Origin: Polyangiaceae bacterium
GTDB lineage: Bacteria; Myxococcota_A; Polyangia; Polyangiales; Polyangiaceae
Length of the DNA: 64,000 nt
Direction: 5' to 3'
NCBI GenBank assembly: GCA_044222475.1
Contig: JBGANF010000005.1
Location: forward strand, 64,001-128,000
Shown here: piece after piece, positions 1-8,404 of the stretch
How the letters are laid out: each line of letters opens with the position of its first letter
How positions within the stretch are numbered: position 1 is the first letter of the stretch
The notes under the pieces: generated by a model
The model's input: the letters and a program-made list of their open reading frames with translations, nothing else
Database searches by the model: none
Told to the model about the DNA's origin: nothing
Translations under genes and position numbers: made by a program

Positions 1-415
1 GATCTTGCTCGAGCGCAAAGCCAAGGGGCACCCGCTCGGCGTGCTGTCCGACGTCGACGAAGACGGCACGGTGAAAGGTCCGCGCGGCGTGAACGACGGC
101 GTCGGGATGATGTTCATCTCGCACCACGGCGAGGTGTTCCCCAGCGGCTTCCTCCCGGTCTCGGTCGGCAACGTGCGACGCGGCAGTCTCGCCATGATGT
201 ATCGCGACAGCACGCTCTTCCGGGCGCTGCGCGAGGTCGGGCCCACCCGGGGCAAGTGCGCCGTGTGCCCGTTCGTCCGCGTGTGCGGCGGGTCGCGGGC
301 GCGCGCGTACATCATGGACGGTGGCGTGGACGGATCCGATCCGGCCTGCGCCTACGTTCCGAAGGGCTACCCGGGTTTGCCGTCGACCCGAGGCGACACC
401 AACACCGGGAAGTAG
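1..415 (+). CDS. Radical SAM/SPASM protein, C-terminal part (TIGR04053-like, NirJ/AhbD heme-synthesis relatives); 5' truncated by window edge
   Basis: GVNDGxG-MFISHxGEVFPSGFLP and GKCAVCPFVRVCGGSRARAY...DPACAY SPASM pattern. Confidence 0.8.
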   Translation, partial: ILLERKAKGHPLGVLSDVDEDGTVKGPRGVNDGVGMMFISHHGEVFPSGFLPVSVGNVRRGSLAMMYRDSTLFRALREVGPTRGKCAVCPFVRVCGGSRARAYIMDGGVDGSDPACAYVPKGYPGLPSTRGDTNTGK

Positions 416-1551
416 ACCGCGACGAAGGTCCCGAAGGCCATCGTCCACAGCGCCCCGGCGACGACGAGCACCCACACGTACCCATTGGGTACGACGATGG
501 GCCCGCCGGCACGAACGAGCGCGGCCAAGGCGACCAGCGCGTACGCGAACGTGATGGGTCGCGCCACGGTGAGCATGCGGCCCGTGTGCCCGAGGCTGAC
601 CCGCGACATCATCCCGAGAATCAGCGTTCCGATCGCCCCGACGGTGAGCGCGTGGGTCGGCGCGCTCGCCGGCAGCGACGGGACGAACGTCGCGACACCG
701 CGGAGCACGAGCCCGATCGCGATCCACGCGTAGCCGACGTGGAGCACCCAAAGAATGGGCGATCGACGCGTCGCCCACGACCTCCACCCCAGGAGGCGCG
801 CGCCGTGGAGGACACCCGCGACGATCGACGCGATCGCGAGCGCCCAGGACCCGTCGAAGACGGCGCCGAGCAACGCGACGGCCCCCATCGACACGAGCGC
901 AGCTCGGTCGAGGAGCTTGCGGGACGGGACCTCGATCCGCAGGCCGTTGGCGGTGAACGACGGGATGACCCGCCCACCGATCACCACGACGATGACGAGG
1001 ATGACGTCGATCGCGATCCGAGGAGCGCGCACCGCGACGGTTCCCGAACCGAAGTGGTACGCCACGTTGGCAGCGAACAACGACAGCAGCAGCGGCACGA
1101 ACGCGAGGTTGCGCCAATTCTTCGAGGCGACGATGGGGCGGGCGATCGCCAGCGCGAGCGCCGGAAGGAAGGCGCAGTCGACGGCGGCGACGAGCCCGTG
1201 AGGGATGGTCCCGTCGAACGCCACGAACAGCCGGGCCGCCGCCCACAGCGCGGCCAGCCCCGCCAGGCTCGGACCGGTCGGCGTCGGACGGCTCGTCCAG
1301 TTGCGCACGGCCGTGAGAAGAAACCCGGCCACGATCGCCACGACGAAGCCGAAGACCATCTCGTGCGCGTGCCAGCTGGCCGGGAGGGCCGTCGTCGGCA
1401 ACGTCACCCGCCCGCCCCACACCAAGAGCCAGAGCGGGATCGCGAGGGCAGCAAAGGCACCGCCGAGCAAGAAGAACGGGCGAAATCCCAGGCGAAAGAA
1501 GGCCACGGAGCGGTCGGTCTCGGTCGTCGGACGCCTCAGGTCGATCAGCAC
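367..1551 (-). CDS. nnrS: NnrS family heme-copper membrane protein (NO response); start could be ATG 1599 or, more likely, GTG 1551
   Basis: FFRLGFRPFF, WHAHEMVFGF...GFLLTAVRNWT, GGRVIPSFT, HALTVGAIG...MMSRVSLGHTGR, C-terminal PRVDGKPG. ATG 1599 lies inside the putative operator. Confidence 0.93.
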   Translation of the reverse strand: MLIDLRRPTTETDRSVAFFRLGFRPFFLLGGAFAALAIPLWLLVWGGRVTLPTTALPASWHAHEMVFGFVVAIVAGFLLTAVRNWTSRPTPTGPSLAGLAALWAAARLFVAFDGTIPHGLVAAVDCAFLPALALAIARPIVASKNWRNLAFVPLLLSLFAANVAYHFGSGTVAVRAPRIAIDVILVIVVVIGGRVIPSFTANGLRIEVPSRKLLDRAALVSMGAVALLGAVFDGSWALAIASIVAGVLHGARLLGWRSWATRRSPILWVLHVGYAWIAIGLVLRGVATFVPSLPASAPTHALTVGAIGTLILGMMSRVSLGHTGRMLTVARPITFAYALVALAALVRAGGPIVVPNGYVWVLVVAGALWTMAFGTFVAVYFPVLVSPRVDGKPG

Positions 1552-1585
1552 ACCCTCGTCGTAGGCCGATTGTGTCGGGGAGGCC

Positions 1586-1599
1586 CTGACATCCGTCAT
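1586..1599. promoter_or_regulatory. Putative Crp/Fnr (DNR-like) box CTGAC-ATCC-GTCAT upstream of nnrS
   Basis: TGAC-N4-GTCA palindrome, centred 41.5 nt upstream of GTG 1551; same motif at 10125 and 16077. Confidence 0.7.
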
Positions 1600-1633
1600 C
1601 GCCGCCTCTCCGAGACCGCCATACGGTCAAGGC

Positions 1634-2050
1634 ATGTGGAGCCGCATCGCGCTCGCCGGTTTGGTCGCGGCCTCTCTCGGGTGCAGCCCCGCAGGTGACT
1701 CGGCCACGGGATTCCCCCAAACCCCCTACGCCCACGTCGACTGCGTCGGCGGGGGATGCTCGATCGACGTACGCACGTCACCGCAGCCACCGCGCGTCGG
1801 AGTGAACTCGCTCCAGCTCACGATCCGTGGACGCGACGGCGAGATGCTCGACGGCCTCACCCTCGAGGTGACGCCGACCATGGCCGCTCACGGCCACGGC
1901 GCGTCCGTCCACCCGACGGTCACGCCGCGCGGCGGAGGGATCTACGTCGTCGACGACGTGAGCACCTACATGGCGGGGACGTGGGAGCTTCACACCACGC
2001 TACGAGGAGCCGCGACCGATGAAGCGACGATCGTTCTGGACGTGCGCTAG
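1634..2050 (+). CDS. YtkA/FixH-like lipoprotein (Ig-like, possible metal chaperone)
   Basis: Lipobox SLGC; PTMAAHGHG motif and YMAGTWEL. Confidence 0.7.
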   Translation: MWSRIALAGLVAASLGCSPAGDSATGFPQTPYAHVDCVGGGCSIDVRTSPQPPRVGVNSLQLTIRGRDGEMLDGLTLEVTPTMAAHGHGASVHPTVTPRGGGIYVVDDVSTYMAGTWELHTTLRGAATDEATIVLDVR

Positions 2051-2990
2051 CCTCGTCGTCGCGCTGCTCGCCGGCGAACGGGTCGCGCACGCGCAGGCCT
2101 GCTGCGCGAGCCCCAGCGGGTTCGCCCCTGCCCGACTGCGCGCCGGAGAGCATGCCCTCGTCGGGTTCGTCGCGTCGGTGGGCTTCGTCAGCGGCAGCTT
2201 CGGACGTGATCGCTCGTTCGCGACGCCGTCGAGCGGCACGCGCGAGGTCGATCTCGGCCAACGGCTCTTCGTCGCGTGGGCTCCGTGGGAGCGCGCCGAG
2301 CTCTCGGTCACGATGCCCTTCGTCGAGACCTACCGCGCCGCCGGCGCGGAGTCGAACCTCGGCGGCGGCCTCGGCGACGCGCGGTTCGCGTCCCGATGGA
2401 AGCTGGTCGCGACCGGCGCCGACCGCATCGTCCCCGGCGTCCAGGTCCTCTCCGCGATCACCCTTCCCACCGGGACTCCAGGCGACGCGGCCACGCGACC
2501 GCTGGCCACCGACGCCAGCGGAACCGGCGCGTTCCAGCTCGACTACGGGCTCGCGCTCGAGCAGGCCTACGGTCGTGTTCTCGTGAACCTCACCGGCACC
2601 ATCGGTTGGCGCGGAGCTCGCGACGTTCGCGGCACGTCGACGCAGCTGGGGCTCCTCTTCTCTGGCTTCGCTGCGATCAGCTACTCGTTCTCGAACCAAG
2701 TCTCGCTCGCCGCGTCCGCGTCGTACGAAGCGTCGCTCGCTGCGAGGAGCGGTGGAGTGGACGTCCCCGACTCGGAGACGGCGAAGACCACCCTCGGCGT
2801 CTCCGGCGCACTACCGATCGCGCGGGGCGTCCGAGCCACGGTCGGCGTGGCGTGGAACCCGCACGTCGGCGGTCTAGGCAAGAACGAGCTCGCTGCGTTC
2901 ACCGCGACCGCCGGTCTGATCTACGCGTGGGGCGCGCCGAGCTCGTGTCCGATGCACCCGACGACGCCGGACTGCGGCTGCCCCCATTGA
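2019..2990 (+). CDS. Putative outer-membrane beta-barrel transporter-like protein with Cys/His metal motifs
   Basis: Signal peptide AHA|QACC; GGLGD..TLPTG..TGAFQ pattern; alternating beta strands; C-terminal CPMHP...CGCPH. Confidence 0.6.
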   Translation: MKRRSFWTCASLVVALLAGERVAHAQACCASPSGFAPARLRAGEHALVGFVASVGFVSGSFGRDRSFATPSSGTREVDLGQRLFVAWAPWERAELSVTMPFVETYRAAGAESNLGGGLGDARFASRWKLVATGADRIVPGVQVLSAITLPTGTPGDAATRPLATDASGTGAFQLDYGLALEQAYGRVLVNLTGTIGWRGARDVRGTSTQLGLLFSGFAAISYSFSNQVSLAASASYEASLAARSGGVDVPDSETAKTTLGVSGALPIARGVRATVGVAWNPHVGGLGKNELAAFTATAGLIYAWGAPSSCPMHPTTPDCGCPH

Positions 2991-2995
2991 TCCAA

Positions 2996-4345
2996 TCAGC
3001 GACGCGCTCGCGTCCGCAGCGCGCCGCTCAGCGTCGACGCCGCCAGCGACAGGCTCTCCTTGCCGAGCGCCCACCCGATCTTCGAGACGTGCGCGACGCC
3101 CCGTCGCTCTCGATGAAGCCGGTGCAGCGAGTGCGCGACGACTCGCCCGTACTCCGCGACGACGGTGGACGGGTTGGCGTCGCGCGTGGACAAGAGCCCC
3201 ATCGATGCCGCCCTTCCGCGACGATCGGACTGCCAGTATTGCAGGAGACCATCGCGTAGCGCGTGCATCGCCTCGGTGTCCTCTCCGAGCGCGCGTCGCA
3301 GCGCGGGCGCCAGGAGCCCTCGGGTGAGTGCGGGCGTCACCCGTGCCGCTTCGTACGCCCGAAGCGCTCGTGCGACGTCGCCCCGAGACTGCTCGTAGCA
3401 AGCGGCGAGCGTGGCCGCGTCGGAGAGCGCGAAGGAGACGCCGCTCGCCGTGATGGGATGCGCGGCCCCTGCTGCGTCGCCGACGAGCGCCAAACGACCC
3501 GCGGTGCGCGACGCGGTCTGGACCGAGAAGATCACCGCGCTGAGCGCGCGACGCTCGGCGCACGCTTCGGCCACCGCGGCCGCGAGCCCAGGAGGGATCG
3601 CCGCGAGATCGTCGGCGTGAGGTCGAAGCGGAGTCTCCTCGTCGACCTCGAACATGAAGCGCACTTGGCGCGGACCGACGCGATACGCGAGCACGGGGCT
3701 CTTCCCGCCCAAGAACACGTGACCATAGCCCTCGGTGGGGAGGTACCGATCCTCGACCCGCATCCCCAGCATGCGCTGCGATCGCCCCTTCGTCGTCTTG
3801 ATGCCGGCGCTGTCGCGCAGCTTCGAGGTGCGTCCGTCGGCGGCGACCACGAGCGCCGCCGTCACGTGCGCGCGGCCCGCGACGCTCTCCACCGCGAGCT
3901 TCGCCGGCGCATCGTCCCACCCCGCCGGGGGCACGACCCGACCGCGCACGCACGTGACGTTCGGGTTGGCCGCGACGGTGAGCAACATGGCGTGGGCGAG
4001 AGTGGCGTGCTCGATCGCCAATCCGCTCGGGTGGAGATCGTCCACCTCGGCGTACGAGAGAACCACGGGGCGGCGCTCCCCACCTGGGAAGATCGCAAAC
4101 CCGCAGAAAGGGATCGCCCCGGCCGCCCACACGTCGTCGATGAACCCGAGCCGCGTGAGGAGCTCCACGGCCGGCGCCTGAAGCAGCTCTCCCGCTAGCC
4201 GTCGTTCGCTCGCAAGGCCGGGCTCACACAAGAGCACGCGCGCGCCGCTGCGGGCGAACGCCAGCGCGCTCGCGCTGCCGGCGAAGCTTCCACCGGCGAT
4301 CACGACGTCGAACGTCTCTCCGTCCACCTCGTCCACTTCGTGCAT
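2996..4345 (-). CDS. FAD-dependent monooxygenase, squalene epoxidase-like
   Basis: GGSFAG, GELLQ, ADGRTSKLR, LPTEGYGHVFLG..PVLAY, GDAAGAAHPITASG; SD AAAGGGGGAG before ATG 4345 (3' part of the 2996..5767 ORF). Confidence 0.85.
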   Translation of the reverse strand: MHEVDEVDGETFDVVIAGGSFAGSASALAFARSGARVLLCEPGLASERRLAGELLQAPAVELLTRLGFIDDVWAAGAIPFCGFAIFPGGERRPVVLSYAEVDDLHPSGLAIEHATLAHAMLLTVAANPNVTCVRGRVVPPAGWDDAPAKLAVESVAGRAHVTAALVVAADGRTSKLRDSAGIKTTKGRSQRMLGMRVEDRYLPTEGYGHVFLGGKSPVLAYRVGPRQVRFMFEVDEETPLRPHADDLAAIPPGLAAAVAEACAERRALSAVIFSVQTASRTAGRLALVGDAAGAAHPITASGVSFALSDAATLAACYEQSRGDVARALRAYEAARVTPALTRGLLAPALRRALGEDTEAMHALRDGLLQYWQSDRRGRAASMGLLSTRDANPSTVVAEYGRVVAHSLHRLHRERRGVAHVSKIGWALGKESLSLAASTLSGALRTRARR

Positions 4346-4359
4346 GGCTCCCCCTTTGG

Positions 4360-5649
4360 TCAGAACTGAATGGTTCGCTCCTCGTGGCTCATCGTGCGCA
4401 GGCTCTGGCGGCTTCGATAGAACTCCCGCCAGAGGTGGAGATACCCGTCGAGCAGACGCTCCGGGCTCATGTTTCGCGGCTGGAAGACGACGTTCGCGTC
4501 GTTGTAGAGCGACCAGTCGCGCGTCAGGATCCGCTCCTCCATCGTGAGGCGTCGGTAGACCGGCGTCCCGGGGTACGGCGTCATGATCGCGAACTCGGCC
4601 TTGCGCAGCTTCGCCTCGTCCGCGAACTCGAGCATCCGATCGAAGACGCCCTCGTCGTCGCCGTCGTTGCCGACGAGGAACGAGGTGTAGGGCTCGATGC
4701 CGTGATCGAACGACTTCGTCACCGCGTCGACGGCTTGCTGATGCACCGCGGTGCTCACCCCGTCGAACGCGGACTGCGTGATCGGATCGAACCCGCCGAC
4801 GAGGTAGAACATCTTGATGCCTGCAGCGCGCATCCGCGCGAGCTTCTCGCTCGGCGTCGCGAGGATCATCGGCATGCTGACGCCGAGGTAGCTGACCGGC
4901 GCTTCGATGCCCCGCTCGACGAGCGCGTCGAGGATCTCGAGAAACCGCCGCGACGCGGTGGGGAAGAAGCTCGTGTCCTCGGTGAGCGACCCGAGCTTGC
5001 CGCGAGCTGCGAGCTGCTCGATCTGACCGAGCACGTGCTCCTTCGGGTAGTGGCGCATTCGCCGTCCCATGACGTCGGGGATGGCGCACGCGAAGCACGT
5101 GAGCGGGCACCCGCGCGACGTCTGCACCGGATAGTCGTCGGGCGCGAACGTTCGGTTCTCCTTCTCCATGTACAGATCCACGCGCGGCATCGGAAGCGTG
5201 GCGAGATCGACTGGGGCGCGCGCGCGGTAGCGCGGCGCGAGCGACCGCTTCGCCGCGTCGGCGAGGACGTCGGCCCAGACGCCCTCGCCTTCGCCGAGCA
5301 CGACGGCGTCGGCGTGGAGCGACGCCTCGTCGGGGACCATCGTCGGGAAGATCCCGCCCATGACGACCTGCTTGCCGCGCGCTCGAAACGCGTCGGCGAG
5401 CTCCAGCGCGCGTTTGCCCGAGGGCGTGAAGCACGATATCGCGACGAGATCCACGTCGTCGTCGAGACCGACGTCCTCGAGCCGGTCGTCGCGGAAGTCG
5501 AGCTCCCACGACGGCGGAGTGATCGCCGCGAGGCACGCGATCCCGAGCGACGGGGGCCCGAAGTATTCGTTGCAAGGTACATGCTCCCGGAGCTCCGGAT
5601 GAGCCTCGGCGTGGCGGGCGAACTTCGGGTAGACGAAACGGACTTTCAC
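4360..5649 (-). CDS. Cobalamin-binding radical SAM enzyme (class B-like)
   Basis: N-terminal B12 domain (PPSLGIACLAA, VVMGGIFPT, GEGE), QTSRGCPLTCFAC CxxxCxxC, TPYPGTP; GTGA overlap with upstream gene. Confidence 0.9.
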   Translation of the reverse strand: MKVRFVYPKFARHAEAHPELREHVPCNEYFGPPSLGIACLAAITPPSWELDFRDDRLEDVGLDDDVDLVAISCFTPSGKRALELADAFRARGKQVVMGGIFPTMVPDEASLHADAVVLGEGEGVWADVLADAAKRSLAPRYRARAPVDLATLPMPRVDLYMEKENRTFAPDDYPVQTSRGCPLTCFACAIPDVMGRRMRHYPKEHVLGQIEQLAARGKLGSLTEDTSFFPTASRRFLEILDALVERGIEAPVSYLGVSMPMILATPSEKLARMRAAGIKMFYLVGGFDPITQSAFDGVSTAVHQQAVDAVTKSFDHGIEPYTSFLVGNDGDDEGVFDRMLEFADEAKLRKAEFAIMTPYPGTPVYRRLTMEERILTRDWSLYNDANVVFQPRNMSPERLLDGYLHLWREFYRSRQSLRTMSHEERTIQF

Positions 5650-7145
5650 GACGACTCCTCGGCCAACATGGGGGCATCCTCGGTGCGGCAGAGCCGCGCG
5701 CAGACACGTCTCTCCTGGGCGGCGATGGCGTCGGCCGGCCCGAGCGTCGCAAGCGCCGCTGCCGCATCGCGCTCGAGGAGCCTCAGCGCGAGCGCGAGAC
5801 GCTCGCGATCGCGCGGCGGATCCAAGACGATCGCCACGGCGGCGTGATGCGCCATCTCCGCGCGAGCGAGCGCACCGAGCGTCGTCTGGTGAGAGATGGC
5901 CGTGAGTCCGAGACGCCGCCGGACGTCGACGGTGGCGGCGTCGATCGCGTCGGCCATGCGGTCGCACGCACCCGCAGCGTCGACGAGAGGCGTCGCGTCG
6001 GCCGAGACCCGCTCCAGTGGCTCACCGCTCGCCAACCGGAGGCTCGCCAGCCGGACGAGGAGGACGTCGTTGGCTCCCTCGAAGATCCGGGTGACTCGGC
6101 AGTCGCGTAGGAGCCTTGCCACGCCGACCGGCTCGATCACGCCGAGTGCTCCGTGGAGCTGGATCGCGGCGTCGCACGCTCGAAACGCTCGTTCGCTCGC
6201 GAACACTTTGGTCGCGAACGAGGCCGCTTCGGCGACGCGTCCGGCGTCGAGCGCGCTCGACGTTCGCCGCACGAGTGCGCGCGACGCATCGAGCATGACC
6301 GCCATCTCGGCGACTGCCGACTGCACCGCTGGGAACGCCGCGAGTGGACGGCGGAACTGTCGCCGCGTGGTGACGTGGGCGATCGTGGCGTCGAGCGCCG
6401 CGGCCATCGTCCCGACGCAGCCGGCCGACATCAGCGTCCGCCCCCACCCGAGGACCGCGTACGCGAGATCGAGTCCAGCGCCGTCCACGCCGAGGACGTG
6501 ATCACGAGGAACGCGCACGCCGTCGAAGCGGATCGTCGCGGTCGAAGAGGCGCGGAGCCCGAGCTTCTCCTCCTCCGCGCCGATCGACACGCCTGGGGTA
6601 CTGCAAGGAACGAGCACGAGCGAGTGCGCCCGCTCGCCGCGACGAGCGAGCACCGTGATGCAGCCCGCGTAGTGCGCGTTGGTGACGTAGCTCTTCTCGC
6701 CGTCGAGACGAAGCTCGGCGCCGTCGTCGACGAGGGCGGTCCGGATGCTCATCAAGTCGGAGCCTGCTCCGGCTTCGGTCGCGGCGAATGCTCCGATCGA
6801 CGCGCCGGTCGCGAGCCGCGGAAGCCACGCGGAAGCGACGTCGGGGCTGGCCCCCCGAACGATCGCTTGCGTGCCGAGGCCGGCGTGAAGACCGACGGTG
6901 GTCGCGACCGACCGATCGTGACGGGCGAGCTCCTCCACGAGCGGGCACGCCCCGACGAGCCCGAGCGAGCCTCCGCCGTGCGCCTCCGGGATCGTCAGAG
7001 CGAACAGGCCGAGCTCGGCCAGCACCTCGAAGACGGAGCGCGGGATCTCGCCGCGAGCCTCGAGCTCGGCAGCGTCGAGGTGGGTCCGGGCCCAGCGGCG
7101 AGCTTGCGCGCCGAGGGCGGCGACCTCGTCAGGCGACGCGGGCAC
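5646..7145 (-). CDS. Acyl-CoA/acyl-ACP dehydrogenase with C-terminal extension
   Basis: FAATEAGAGSD, LDGEKSYVTNA, KLGLRASST, RRQFRRPL, AIQLHGALG, RIFEGANDV. Confidence 0.9.
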   Translation of the reverse strand: MPASPDEVAALGAQARRWARTHLDAAELEARGEIPRSVFEVLAELGLFALTIPEAHGGGSLGLVGACPLVEELARHDRSVATTVGLHAGLGTQAIVRGASPDVASAWLPRLATGASIGAFAATEAGAGSDLMSIRTALVDDGAELRLDGEKSYVTNAHYAGCITVLARRGERAHSLVLVPCSTPGVSIGAEEEKLGLRASSTATIRFDGVRVPRDHVLGVDGAGLDLAYAVLGWGRTLMSAGCVGTMAAALDATIAHVTTRRQFRRPLAAFPAVQSAVAEMAVMLDASRALVRRTSSALDAGRVAEAASFATKVFASERAFRACDAAIQLHGALGVIEPVGVARLLRDCRVTRIFEGANDVLLVRLASLRLASGEPLERVSADATPLVDAAGACDRMADAIDAATVDVRRRLGLTAISHQTTLGALARAEMAHHAAVAIVLDPPRDRERLALALRLLERDAAAALATLGPADAIAAQERRVCARLCRTEDAPMLAEESS

Positions 7146-7404
7146 CGGTCGACCCCGAGTACGGCAGCTGTCGCTCCACGAAAGCGCACGCATCGTCGAA
7201 CGTCACGATGTCCATCGCGTCCTCGATCTCCAAGTGGATGTCGAGCTGCTCGCTGATCGTCGAGAGCATCTCCAAGCTGCCGAGGGAGTCCATACCGAGG
7301 TCCTCTCGCAAGCGGCTCTTGGCATCGATCTTCGCCTCGTCGATCTCGAGGATTTCGGCGATGAGCGCGCGCATGCGCGGGCGGATGGACGGATCAGACG
7401 GCAT
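7129..7404 (-). CDS. Acyl carrier protein
   Basis: 91 aa, acidic, LREDLGMDSL phosphopantetheine motif. Confidence 0.92.
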   Translation of the reverse strand: MPSDPSIRPRMRALIAEILEIDEAKIDAKSRLREDLGMDSLGSLEMLSTISEQLDIHLEIEDAMDIVTFDDACAFVERQLPYSGSTGARVA

Positions 7405-8404
7405 GATGGTGACTCCTTCGGACGTGGGCAGGCGGTACGTAGCGGTGGCGGACGAGCCACGCGACGGTCGCGTCGAGCGCGTCGTCGAGCGGAGTCCACT
7501 TCATTCCGAGCTCGCGCTCTGCGAGGTCGGTCGAGACGGGACGACCGATCGCGGCGATGTCGACGAACTCGCGCGGGACCGGAACGCGTAGCCGTCGCGG
7601 CGCGGCCGCCGCTTCGGACGCGTCGGCGAGCGCTCGCATCTCGACGAGCCCCGTTGGCGGGCCGGGCGGAGGCGCGTCGAATCGACGCACCATCGTGTCG
7701 ATGAGCTGGCCGACCGTGAGCGTTCGTCCGGCGACGATGTAGCGCGCCCCCGGACCATCCAGCGCAGCGACGTGCGCACGCGCAGCGTCCTCCACCGCGA
7801 CGAGGTGGATGATGCCGTCCACCCAATGGGTGACCGCACCGTGGAGAAGCGCTGCGACGAAGCCGTTCGTGCCGAGCCTGAGATCCCACGGTCCGATGCA
7901 GCCGCCGAGCAGCAGCGACACGACGTCGACCCCCGCGTCGCGTGCGCGGTCGATCTCGACCTCGATCGCCTTCTTCATCGTCGGGTAGGCGCCCTCGGTC
8001 CACTGCGGCAGCCCGACGTCGCGCTCGGTGGCGGGGCTCCGTCCCGGCCTGAGTACGGCGATGGATGACGCGTAGACGAGTCGTCCGGCGCCCATCCGCG
8101 CGCTGGCGATGCACACGTTGCGCACTTGAAGCGCCGCGCGCTCGACGTCCTCGGCGGTCATGATCGAGTAGCGCGGATAGCGCGCGGCCGTGAGGAACAC
8201 GGCGTCGACGTCCCGCATCGCGGCCTCGAGCGAGGCGTAGTCGTCGAGATCGGCGTACACCATCTCGACGCTGCGTCGCCGCAACAGCAACGTCGGCGAC
8301 GACCGGCGACGCGTCGTGCGCACCGCCCAGCCCGCAGCGAGGAGCGCGTCGACGACGTGCAAACCGATGAAGCCGGTGCCACCGATCACGAGGGCCCGCT
8401 TCAT
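7394..8404 (-). CDS. Extended SDR, NAD-dependent epimerase/reductase (HpnA/dihydroflavonol reductase-like)
   Basis: LVIGGTGFIG, YASSIA, YPTMKK catalytic YxxxK, CIGPWD; ATGA overlap with FAAL. Confidence 0.87.
   Translation of the reverse strand: MKRALVIGGTGFIGLHVVDALLAAGWAVRTTRRRSSPTLLLRRRSVEMVYADLDDYASLEAAMRDVDAVFLTAARYPRYSIMTAEDVERAALQVRNVCIASARMGAGRLVYASSIAVLRPGRSPATERDVGLPQWTEGAYPTMKKAIEVEIDRARDAGVDVVSLLLGGCIGPWDLRLGTNGFVAALLHGAVTHWVDGIIHLVAVEDAARAHVAALDGPGARYIVAGRTLTVGQLIDTMVRRFDAPPPGPPTGLVEMRALADASEAAAAPRRLRVPVPREFVDIAAIGRPVSTDLAERELGMKWTPLDDALDATVAWLVRHRYVPPAHVRRSHHHAV

Noticed and set aside
1617..1630. Fourth Crp/Fnr box (CGCCATACGGTCAA)
   Set aside because: Only one half-site matches
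256..1698. Long Arg-rich alternative-frame and antisense ORFs here and throughout (e.g. 16324..19128 5' part, 30265..32880, 51957..54410)
   Set aside because: Expected shadow ORFs in very GC-rich DNA; no motifs, and they overlap well-supported genes
2996..5767. 923-aa ORF as a single fusion protein
   Set aside because: The 5' half is an off-frame shadow of the radical SAM gene; the real start is ATG 4345 with a strong SD
4360..8404. Hopanoid (hpn) cluster suggested by the HpnA-like SDR and B12 radical SAM
   Set aside because: No squalene-hopene cyclase, hpnCDE or hpnH; FAAL/ACP/ACAD point to acyl-chain chemistry
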